Source: a virus | Taxonomy: Duplodnaviria > Caudoviricetes | IMG/VR virus record: IMGVR_UViG_2731957577_000001 | Location: 1-64,000 of that record | DNA: 64,000 bases | Strand: one strand, 5' to 3' | Shown here: piece after piece, positions 9,701 through 19,500 of the stretch | How the letters are laid out: every line of letters starts with the position of its first letter | How positions within the stretch are numbered: the stretch's first letter is position 1 | Position numbers and translations under genes: made by a program | The notes under the pieces: model-generated | Told to the model about the DNA's origin: nothing | The model's database searches: none | Seen by the model: the letters and a program-made list of their open reading frames with translations, nothing else

Positions 9701-12700
9701 GCATGAACGCAATCCGTGAGGCCATTGAGGCAGGTGACTGGAAGCGAGCCAATGACCTGGTTCGTCAGGGACTCAACAAGGGACTGGATCATTTGGCCAC
9801 GATCAACTTGCAGGACTTTGAGATCAAGGACAACCTGTACAATAACAACCCGGCGGACCTGGTTCGCACCGGTCGCGTCGACATCTCTCCGGCCATGATT
9901 CACGACCTGTACAACCGCGGAATCTTGCGGGAGAAGTACACCGATGAATTTGGTCAGGAACGAAGCGACTTTGTGAACCCCGACGAGGTTTTCTATACGG
10001 ATAAGAGAGGGAACCGCCGACTCAAGCGTCTGGTCAACATCTCGGCGCTGACCATCGACAGACAGGCGGAGCTGGTCATGAATGCGAGGAAGTGGGCGGA
10101 GGAACACGGCCGTCTCATCTACTCCTCGAGCATCAAAGGCGATATGGTGGCAAAAAACCTGTGGTCTTTGATTGACGGCCGGGATCTGGTTACTTACGGT
10201 ACCTTCACCAGCATGGGCCGCGACAACCCGATCCAGTTCCAGAATGTCTCGCGGTTCTTGCCGGAAGTTGTGGAGCGCCTGGGTCAGACGAAGGTGTATC
10301 ACAACTTCAATGAACTGGTAGCCACTCCACTGCAGCACGCGCTGCGGGAGGCACATCAGGATCGTTTCAGCATGAACGTGAAGATGACCTACATGAATGA
10401 GGCGGATCTTCGCAACCGGGTTATGGAACTGGCGGAAACAAAAGAAGGTCGTCGGCTGTTGCAGGAGGAGGGCTGGATTGATGAACAAGGGAACATCGAT
10501 CCAGTGCGCATCGGCCGCGTCTACGAACAGCAAGCCGTCTTCAACCGTGACCTCATCAATGCCCTTGAGGTCGAACGACAGAAGTTCTATGACATGGGAG
10601 ATGATCCTTCGACCTTTGAATGGGATGAGAAGCTGCTTCGCAATGGGGAGCCGATCGAAGGCGCCACGCTAAAGCCAGGCCAACGCATTGGATGGGCGAT
10701 GATCGGCGGAAAGCGTACCGAGATTACCTATGACCGGCCTTATGAAGGGACACTCTGGAGCACCGATGGCCGCATTGGTGTGACCTGGCGAGAGAAGCCC
10801 TTCAAGTTCTTCTTCGAAGGCGAGAAAATGACGCGGGTCGGTGAAGGCGTATCACAGCGCTTGCTTGAACTCATCACGGGCGTCAAAGGCGTCGCCGGTA
10901 TCATGAATACCGATGTCACGAAACACGAGGACTTTGGTGCCATGATGGCGGCACAGGCCAAGAAGCTCGCTGCCTTTACCATGGGTCTGCAGAACGAACG
11001 AGACCGCCAGCGCGCCATTGAGATGATTCATCAAGCGAACATTGGTCTGCGTTGGAATGGTTCCTATTTCGAAGACGTGAGCAAGGAACTTCAGGAGATC
11101 AATGCCAAGGCCTTCCGCGATGTCGCTGAGCAGCTGGATCGGGCGCTGGGTAAGGCCAAAGGCGCTGATCGGAGTCTCTTGGTCAATACGAAGCCACAGA
11201 AATACCAGGCGGTGTGGGGATTGGGTGACTTCCGCATGGCGAACGTCGCCCCAACCGGATTCATCGTCGACAAGGAAGGCAAACACATTTTCTACATGGA
11301 TGAAGATGATGACCTTGTTTCCAGCGGCGAATATAAGGGAACCAGCTACAGCCACCGTGAGATTGGTGTACTCAAAGCTACAGGTCGTGAGAAAACGGCA
11401 AACTATGTACTCGATCTCATGCGGAGACATGGACTCGAAATCGGCCGCAGGCAGGAGACCGTGAATTTTCTCAAGTCGATGGAGGCGTTTGTGGCGCCAG
11501 AAAATGTGGTGGACCCACGCTTTAGTGAAGACTCAGTGGTGCGGCTTGGTGTCCATGACCTTCGTCCTCTCCCGGATGCTTCCGAAGTGACACCGACCCA
11601 AGAACACTATACAGGCACCATCTTTGACCGCCAACATATTGAAAAACTGCTTGGCGACAAGTCGAACGAACATGGATTCTGGTTTGCCCTGCCGGAGTTG
11701 CCAGAGGACATGCGGATTCAGGTTCTGGAATACGCGCGCGGATATGGCGGTGCCAGGGAGAACCTCTCACGGCCCATTGATAAGATCTTCATCCCCTATA
11801 CTGAGCTTCGCGGCCAGGGCAAGAACATTTATCTCTCGGAGGTTCAAAAAAGCATTGCCGACATTTATCGCAAGGCTCAGGCGGTGCGTGAGGCCGCAAG
11901 TAATCAGGAACTCGTCGATGCACGCAACGAGCTGCAATCGGCCGTGGACCGGTACATTAACACACTGGCTTATAATGTGACTTCCTCGAAAGGACAAACC
12001 GGAGAATCGACGTTCAAGGTCCGTCTCCCGTCCTCGATGCGTGGACGTGCCGCGCTGATCTCACCCGAAGAATCACAGATGCTCCAAGGTGAGCATGTTT
12101 TTATCAGTGAGCATGATGCGAGAAAGATGGGCATCTATGACGATTTGGCGGATGGACAAACCCGAGAAGTCATCGTGAACCGCTATCCGACCTTCCACCA
12201 GGATGCTTTGAAACAGGCCATTCTCCACATGCGCAGTGATGTCGCACCGGGAGAGATTCACGTGACGTCCGGTATCGCGGACCTTCTCAAGGCCGACGCC
12301 GACGGTGACGAGCTGAACCTCTTCTATGCGGCGGACAAAGAGATCCAAAACGAGTGGCGCCACATTCGAACGATGGAAGAGAAGATGGCGGCACAGCGGA
12401 CCAAAAAGATCCTCAACGACTTTGCCGAATCCCCGCGTCGCTTTGATTTGGAGAGTTTGGCGGCCGACCAAGGTGGCGTGTTCCGCCAGATTGAACCTGG
12501 CAATGCGGAAACTCAGGCAAAGATGGGGAAGATGTTTGTCGGTCTAGCTGATACGATGAACTTGAAGCTCCGTCAATTTGCCGCAGACTTTGTAGAGGAT
12601 CGGGACCAGCGTGCGGCGGTAGAGAGTTTTGGCCAGGGCTTGGTCCAGCGGATCATCTCCTCCAAACACGGTGGCACAGACATCGGCGCCTTGAAGATGC

Positions 12701-13536
12701 TCGATGCCATGCGACTTGGAAACTGGGATGAGCTAGAGTCCATTGACCAGGACTACTTTGGCGGTGTCCTGACTCAAAAGCACCGCCTTCGTGAAGCTGT
12801 ACCCGTTCTCAAGGACATCACCACGAAGCTCCAATACGGTCTTTATAACCCGACGCTCAACTTCGGTACGGCCGGCGGATGGCGCGTCAACAAGACCGGC
12901 TTGGCACCATTGATGGAGGCCGTACAGGGGCGGCTTACAGATCGTGAGTCCACGGGCAGCAACCCGTTCCTGCAAATGCTTCAGGATTTGATGGGTGTCG
13001 AATCCGAAGACGGCCTGCCGAAATACCGGGTCGAGCCGTTCCAAACCCAAGAGCCACTTCGACGGCCGGAGCGCGCGGGTGGACTGGCGGGTTTCATCAG
13101 TGAGACGCTCGAGGATACCACAGGCGGGATCGTCGATGCCTTTCGTCCGGGAACGATGCAGGCCATTACAGATCGGATCAAGACATTCTTCTCAAAACCG
13201 AGAAACAAGTGGGGATTCATCGGCGGAATGCTCGGACTTGGTGGTATAATGGCTTATAATACCCTTCATGAAACGGAACTTGAACCGCCTCCGGGACCGC
13301 CGACTCCGGCGATTTCTCCGATCGATGAACCCTCTCCTCAAGGCGCCAACATCTCCATCTCTGCCAGCGGAGACAAACAGCCAGAAGAATCCTTTGGTCC
13401 TATGGTTCACGAAGGCATGCGAAATGCGGGGTACAATGGCGGCCCTTCGAATATGACGGTCAACTATACGGACAACACCGCCAATCTGAACCGAAACTGG
13501 TATCGAGACAAGGTTCAGCAATCGATGGCGATGTAG
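6754..13536 (+). CDS. Single-chain two-barrel RNA polymerase (fused beta/beta-prime-like) with N-terminal DEDDh exonuclease; putative virion RNAP
   Basis: DEDDh: FDIET (D at 7072), NGTQFD, HSALHD. RNAP: SBHM-like GATLKPGQRIG..YEGTL, KFFFEGEK, NRYPTFH (12178), KADADGDEL (12289), GLADT (12541), ESFGQGLVQRIISSKH (12622-12669). C-terminal hydrophobic WGFIGGMLGLGGIMAY. Confidence 0.88.
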   Translation: MADYLNLISAGVQMVTQTQSTTPIGIFYPVQRRPRKDTTEYDQRVAHVLGRINSTRLSSNFGKPGIYDHFVSMAQSARHPGQPAVATFNEFVRRAMHGVHGRYVAFDIETLGDAMTGHALSITEIAAQGFNPILGTDRSGRQLVVGATPSNVRFSAIIRPTNETVQYLENLITRLERDPYAWRFMTDAEKKSLYNLIRYDPEGPEGAQLEDPWRIRHNPLAAMLEQDPLQNMQPYTANMRRGLEYLMEKGTNPQDVIRQYDDFIRRHSAKLFLSQNGTQFDLPVLQRWAEQMGESLRTPANHLDLLTLNQTIFQNPITMHQVYGQNTAVRRFVDGAWSLQELRRTFGFEEGQAHSALHDVGEHGLGGVFAKALPWIQRQIEDRKIDPTTGFSHRSPVFTWSDAKLQVGQKLFSVGGVMAMPGMEDHQAVLRDGEFVPYNPGWNRTIINTHTFYEVQGIRRLNQQGEPLKLAIQLYDQDNDRYAFIIREGKDAMAQIGEFLQRSFINWDGADEETRNKIRKRHGEEYARRAYRRLTSLEGAGRGMTAGFIGARRMYQNAAMYEKRLQGKAGNMQDNFDENGNIIDPTRRITHQQMLEGMDFYSKPGSTPEERFNQQEWESFWYMQRRLRSELPVMMPALEAIEKAFPEPTRRRNESELEYKNRLFEARRQRDIAWRLFNQYLNEVVGDDGHVEELPLEEYENRGLHFRDRETKKPVYINFTDTTTASTSIYRHIAHEREEVRKQKLTSLIHSLRESSAIDDDTAEYFHQVNANTKGISETVRTIVQHLMASAQIIRDKETVLSLRERKAIQKISDDVSKELVQRAIDQTKGAWGVAIQRSFGDKELRLSPEMSRFFDEELDRVNPITGLEPNNKQAVMEVLNRYQEMFPHMQFALSVAKDKTAAVIHMYDPEHSASVMEHVLSGKEHPNALQLTVPLVTERGTIEYGNRKLNSRVTWMPGQGKQVIREMSSSEMMAYHLTGERRMNAIREAIEAGDWKRANDLVRQGLNKGLDHLATINLQDFEIKDNLYNNNPADLVRTGRVDISPAMIHDLYNRGILREKYTDEFGQERSDFVNPDEVFYTDKRGNRRLKRLVNISALTIDRQAELVMNARKWAEEHGRLIYSSSIKGDMVAKNLWSLIDGRDLVTYGTFTSMGRDNPIQFQNVSRFLPEVVERLGQTKVYHNFNELVATPLQHALREAHQDRFSMNVKMTYMNEADLRNRVMELAETKEGRRLLQEEGWIDEQGNIDPVRIGRVYEQQAVFNRDLINALEVERQKFYDMGDDPSTFEWDEKLLRNGEPIEGATLKPGQRIGWAMIGGKRTEITYDRPYEGTLWSTDGRIGVTWREKPFKFFFEGEKMTRVGEGVSQRLLELITGVKGVAGIMNTDVTKHEDFGAMMAAQAKKLAAFTMGLQNERDRQRAIEMIHQANIGLRWNGSYFEDVSKELQEINAKAFRDVAEQLDRALGKAKGADRSLLVNTKPQKYQAVWGLGDFRMANVAPTGFIVDKEGKHIFYMDEDDDLVSSGEYKGTSYSHREIGVLKATGREKTANYVLDLMRRHGLEIGRRQETVNFLKSMEAFVAPENVVDPRFSEDSVVRLGVHDLRPLPDASEVTPTQEHYTGTIFDRQHIEKLLGDKSNEHGFWFALPELPEDMRIQVLEYARGYGGARENLSRPIDKIFIPYTELRGQGKNIYLSEVQKSIADIYRKAQAVREAASNQELVDARNELQSAVDRYINTLAYNVTSSKGQTGESTFKVRLPSSMRGRAALISPEESQMLQGEHVFISEHDARKMGIYDDLADGQTREVIVNRYPTFHQDALKQAILHMRSDVAPGEIHVTSGIADLLKADADGDELNLFYAADKEIQNEWRHIRTMEEKMAAQRTKKILNDFAESPRRFDLESLAADQGGVFRQIEPGNAETQAKMGKMFVGLADTMNLKLRQFAADFVEDRDQRAAVESFGQGLVQRIISSKHGGTDIGALKMLDAMRLGNWDELESIDQDYFGGVLTQKHRLREAVPVLKDITTKLQYGLYNPTLNFGTAGGWRVNKTGLAPLMEAVQGRLTDRESTGSNPFLQMLQDLMGVESEDGLPKYRVEPFQTQEPLRRPERAGGLAGFISETLEDTTGGIVDAFRPGTMQAITDRIKTFFSKPRNKWGFIGGMLGLGGIMAYNTLHETELEPPPGPPTPAISPIDEPSPQGANISISASGDKQPEESFGPMVHEGMRNAGYNGGPSNMTVNYTDNTANLNRNWYRDKVQQSMAM

Positions 13537-13547
13537 GGGGAAACTCC

Positions 13548-16500
13548 ATGGCAACAACCGTTCTCGATGACCGGGACGCCCTATATGGGGCGCTCCCTGA
13601 CCATCATTTGCGAATTGGAGATACACAGTTTTACGTACCGCCAACGGCGATTCAGGTGACGCGGCGCGTGCGATCCGACCGGATCAATATTTTGCGTGGC
13701 CGCGGCAGCTTTGCCAAGCAAAGCGGATACTCGGACTTAGTGGTTGAGCTGACGTTGTTCTTTCCAGATACACAGTCGATCAATAACGAACTCCGGCCGC
13801 TTTTGGCTCAGTTTATGAAATGTCCGTTCTTGCCGATTGAGAACACGCATCTAAATAACGTCCACAAGATCGAAGCGGTCACGGTCGAAGGCTTGACGGT
13901 TACAACCACACCTGGTTTCCCGACGACCCTGACCGCGACCATTCAGCTTCTTGCATTCAACCCTTGGTCGTATCTCATCGATCAAACCGGCCGTACCTTT
14001 GATGAGATGATCAACTGGCCGCTGTTTCGTTGGTACTACCAAAGGAACCTAGAGCCTTCGAAATACCGGTACATCCGCTATTTCGAGCCGCTCACCGAGG
14101 ATCTGGACAACAGCTACATCTTCCGTGTAGCCTCCGAGCAGGATCTAAGTGCCATGAAAGCCTGGAGGGTACAGGAGAATAAGCTGTATCAGGATTGGTT
14201 GCAGAAGACCCAAACGACCGATCCGGTGCAGGACATCAAGAATGAATTCGCCTCCGACGAGGATTTCTGGAACAAACTTGACCAACAAGCTCGAAGCGCT
14301 ATTTTCGAGTACGACATTCATATGGAGGAGTGGCCCATCCCCAACCTCCATCTGGTGAGTCTATCTGCGAGCTTCCAGAACATTATCAGCACTGTTCAAT
14401 TGCAGATGCACGAAGCCCCGACGCATCAGTACCTTGGGTCTCAGGACACCGTGTTTGCCGCGGTATTTCAAACCGATGACGAGGAAGCGATTGCGTCGTT
14501 GCAAAACCTCGTGCGCCGTTCCTCATATCTGACCCGGGAGTACCATACGGTACTGTCGAACGGCTTTCTTGAGTTTGATAATCAACTCGCCCGGCTTTTT
14601 GGAGTGCATTACGTCATCATCGATGATATGGTTGTTCGCAGCGTGGAAAACATGCCGGGTGTCTTCGAGGTCACGTTACAGATGACCTCGTACAACCGGA
14701 TGCAGCAGCGGCTGGCGGAAACCCAGATGATTGGCGGTAACGTGAAGTGGGATCTCGGTGGAGCGTTCACGAACTCGTTCCTCAAGATGCTGACACCCCT
14801 TACGTCTTGGTCATGGCTGCAAGATCGTCCGTTCTGGAAGCAAATCACGAGCGATGGATGGAACGAGCTGGACATTCAAAAACAAGCGGTCTACAACGCA
14901 GCCATCCGGGAAGCCTTCAAGATCATCGAGGTGTATCCCGATCTCGAACTCCCGACGTATGCGGAAGTCGAGCAAGCCGGCTTCTCGATTCCGAACACCA
15001 ACGGTGGCTATTTCGTCGACCCGGACTTTTTCATCATGTACGAGGACCCGTTTGAGTTTAACAACATGCTCAAAGACGAAGTGGCGAAGTCCTACACCAC
15101 CGTATTGAGAGATGCCGGCGGTGGTAAAGCGGAGATTACGCCGAGTACAGCCAATCCAGACGAAAAGACCCAAAAGGACATCGACGAGAAAAGTGCCAAG
15201 TATGACAATCCTACATCTGGCATCTCCTCGGGCGATCCCCCGGATACGGCGGACCAGAAGAACCTGTCGACGGCGGACATGGAAACGCTGATCCGAGAAA
15301 AGGCCGCTGCAGAAGGGTTGGACCAGCGGTTCGTCATTGCCTTTGCGAAAATGAACGACGCCAAGCTGCGGCAGTTTTACAATCCTGGAATTGGCGCGAA
15401 CAAAGAGTTGGACAACATCACGGTATCTGACTCCAACATCCCGGTCATGCAGACTGCGGATCTGCATTACTTTAAGGACCCAAGCCTGATTCAAGAAGCT
15501 GCCTATATCGGTGTCATGCGCGTCAGTCCCTTGATGGGGGATGCGCAGGCACTGGGTCGGAGCATTGTCTACAACGTGACCCAAGGCGTAGCGGCCCTCA
15601 AGTATTACCTAAGCCAAGTTGATGATGCCGGGACGATCAATCAGAACGTATATGATGCGCTTGGCCTGGATCCCGACAAGGATATTCAGAAGGCAAAGTA
15701 CGCCGCGGCCATCGCTTTGTATCTGGGCTTCGGCCGAGAGTGGAATGACCTGGTCAGTCAGAATAAACGCTTGCCGTACCTTCTCACGGCCAAGATCAAG
15801 GCCGTCCTCTCGGACATGGATAAAGAGTCCAAGTGGTCCAGCCAGGATCTGAAGAAGAAGTATTCGGCATTGCCCATTGCTGACCAAAAAGCGCCGGCCA
15901 ACACCGAGGAAGATCTGTCCGCACAGTTCCAACCCGATGAGCCTGGAAACGAATCGGATTATGAGAGTGACGATTTCACCTTCCGGGGCATGTTCCAGGA
16001 CATGATTCAGTACGACCGACGCGGCCGACTGATTCGTGCGTTCCCGACTTTCTTTATGGTGTTCATCGATGAGGGTCAGTACGTGGACGGCGTGGTGAAA
16101 CTGGCGGATCACTTCTTTGGGTATTCGGCGGTATCGGACATCACCTATACGAACAACCGGAAACAGGCCTCCAGCACACTCGTCGTGGAAATGTGCAACG
16201 TCTTTGGCAACCTGACGGATGCAACGAAGAGCGTGGACCTGACTCATCCCAACACCCTGAGCCTGTTTGAATCGCTCTTTGTGCCAACGATGGAGGCGGC
16301 ACACATTGAGCAAAGCCGCGACCGGAATTCGAACTACTACAAGTCGATCTTCCTGCGCACGGGGGCCAGAGTGCATTTCCGCATGGGATACGGCTCCAAT
16401 GCCGCAGAGCTGCCGACGATCATGAACGGCACGGTGACACAGCTCGAGAACAACGGGGATACCGTGACGATGATCGTCCAGGATGATGGGGTGGAACTGA

Positions 16501-19500
16501 CCAATAAGCTCAAGGCGAAGCCTGGCGATTCCACGGATGGATTCCTGCAGGCCAAGAAGGAACCGTCTGAGATCATCGACGACCTGCTTCTGGATCGCGG
16601 CAGCGGCATCAGCGGATTCATCGGCAACCTGTGGGAAGACTTCAGCAACAAAGCGTACTATAGCCACTCCCTGGGCATCATGCACTTTGGTATGCATGGT
16701 GTACCGATCTCTGGTCAGGACTTCATCAAAGGGGTTCTGCCCATCGCATGGCTGATTTCAGGTACAGACCGAGACATTTACGAGATCAACATGAACATCT
16801 ACAAGACCAACGGTCTGTTGAATGTCGAGAACGACACCTTCTGGCACAAGCTCGAAGACATGTTTGGTATTGGACAGGGACAGGAAGATAGTATTAACAT
16901 CACACTGTACGACAAGACGGTGTGGGATGTTCTAAGTGTCTGTGCCTACATGGGACCGGACTACATTCTGGCCGTTCATCCATTTGAGTTCCGTAGCACC
17001 ATCTTCATGGGGAAACCGTATTTCCCGCTCAACTATGGGTACGTCGTCGACAATAACAAGATTACGGGAACGCTCATGAAGCCGTTCCGCCAGTACCATT
17101 TGTACGATTCGTGGACGAGCATTATTGACAATAGCATCGTTGCCTCGGAGCAAAATATGTACACCGTGGCGATTGGCACCTTCATGAACGAAGGCAAGCT
17201 CGATACCACGCGCCCCATCTATGTCGACGCGGACATCTGGCCGGAGAAGCAACGCACGGTCAACGTCGACACACAAGTGAACGCCAAGGGAATCTGGTTT
17301 GTTGAAAAGGCCGTTCCCTTCGTGGGAGGTCTGCTTAACAAACCATTCAAGTGGTACTTCGATGAGGGCGTCGCCATCAAAATCGCGGCATCCGCCCTTC
17401 GTGACTATGTGAAGGACATGTACGATGGGTACCTCACAGTGATGGGTGATCCAACAGTAAAGCCGTTCGACCAAATCCTCATCCATGATGAGTACATCGA
17501 CATGGCGGGGCCTGCGGAAGTCAAGGAAGTTACGCAGATCATGTCCCTGGATATGGGCTATGTTACAGCCATCAAGCCGGACTGTGTGGTGGTCAATTCC
17601 GACCGGAAAGTGATCAATGGCGCGTTCTCGATGACGGCCACATTGACACCGCTGTTGGTCACGTTGAAGCTGCGGAGTATGTTCCGAAATGCCGGGTACA
17701 CCGGTGCATTGCCCATCATGAACGCCATTTGGGCCATGACGAAGAACAACATGAAGACGCTCAAGGCCAAATTCGACGCCACGAAACTCGGCACAAAACT
17801 GAACAATTGGTGGAACGGCAGCGATATGCAGACGTATACCCGGAAGTTTGACATGGTTTCAAAAGAAACCATAGAACGGTGGAAGAAGTCCGGGCTTCTG
17901 AAGAAAACGGCCGATACCCTTGGGAGTGTCAATGCACAGCAGATAGAGGAGTTGCTCAACAGAGGCGATTCTGCTTTGCTCGAAAAAGGCTTTTGGGGCT
18001 ATGATAAGGTGAGTTCAGCTGCCAAAACATTGAGACTGGAGAAGGCTACAAGCAAGTTTGTGGCCGGCGGCGCAAAGGCAATTGGAATGGCAGCTCGATT
18101 TGCACAAGCCGGTCTTGTAGGGGCAGAGATGTTCGCCGGTCCCATTGGATGGATCGCCATTTTGGTCGAGACGATGGCCATGTCGCTTCTGACCGCGACC
18201 GTGGGTGAGTTCCTCAAGCGATTCCTCTTCACGCGCCATGCTTGCCTCGTCATGCCCCTTAAGAAAGAAGGCATCGAGTTTACGGCCGGACTCAATGGCC
18301 ATAAGGGATCGGTGGTCGGAGACTCCCCAGACATGTGGCAGTCCCTGTTGACCAATGGCGTCGCGTCCACGATCTTCTCCGTCTTCCTCGGCGTTGACAC
18401 CTCGCAGTATGGCGCGGCTGGAAGCTCCAACAATCCAGTGTCAGTAAAAGCGAGCAGCAATGGGTCGTCAACGGGCTCCAGCAGTTCCGCGATGTCGTTC
18501 TTTGAGCAATACCGCCGGCCGGTTCCGTATGACCCGACGCTAATCCAGTGGTACAACACCGATTTGGAGAACGCCAAGAAAGAGATGTCGGGCGAACTCC
18601 AGCGTCTGGATGACGAGAACAAGAAGCCGGACTACAGCGATGAGATCAGCGCCATGCAAAAGGGATTGCAGGAGATTAGTCAACTGCCTTCTCTGATCAA
18701 GAATGCCATCTCGAATCTGGCGAGTGAGATTGCCCAGCTCATCAGTGGCGGGGATGGCTACAACTACGATGGCACCGACTTTACGAAGATCGACCTCAAT
18801 CAACCAAGTGGCATTAGCGCCGAGGCCATTGATAAGGCATTTGCGGCCAATGGAGGCGGTCATCTCAAAGGGCTTGGAAAATACTTTGTCCAGTTGGAGA
18901 AGCAGATCCCACCGCTTCCGGGACATCAAGCCAAGGAAGGGCGCGTCATGAATGGTTTGTATTTTGCCGCTCACGCCGCCCACGAATCTGGATGGGGAAC
19001 GTCTCAGATCTATCGAGACAAACACAACTTGTTTGGCTACGGTGCATACGACTCCAACCCCTATGGCGACGCCGACTCCTTTGACTCCGATGAACACTGC
19101 ATCATTTTCGTGGCCAACAAGGTGAAGGATGATTATCTGACACCCGGTGGACAGTTCTACAGCAAGGATAAGGGTCCGACCCTGGAAGGCATGAATGAGA
19201 AGTATGCCACGGACAAACACTGGGCCACGGACATCGCCAACATCATGAAAGAGATTGCAAAGCTCGATCCCAACTTCAAATGGCCAGGCACCGCCACTAA
19301 GGTCAAGATCGATGAGACACCGCCCGATCCGAACCATCGAGAGAAATACTATTTGACCCCGGCACAAGCCAAACAGAGATTGGCCTATGTCCCATCCTTC
19401 GGACTCAAACACCTGGGGCAAACATGGGTCGATGGCAGCGCGGCCATCAAGTACGCACACAAGGGTACGCTTGAAATGGCCGATGAACTGGCGAGGCTAT

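Noticed and set aside
8929-10533. 534-aa minus-strand ORF
   Set aside because: Antisense shadow of the RNAP gene; no recognisable motifs
6754-13536. Host rpoB/rpoC or DNA polymerase III PolC
   Set aside because: Far too diverged and compact for cellular RpoBC, no ribosomal-protein context, and no PHP or PolC polymerase motifs seen
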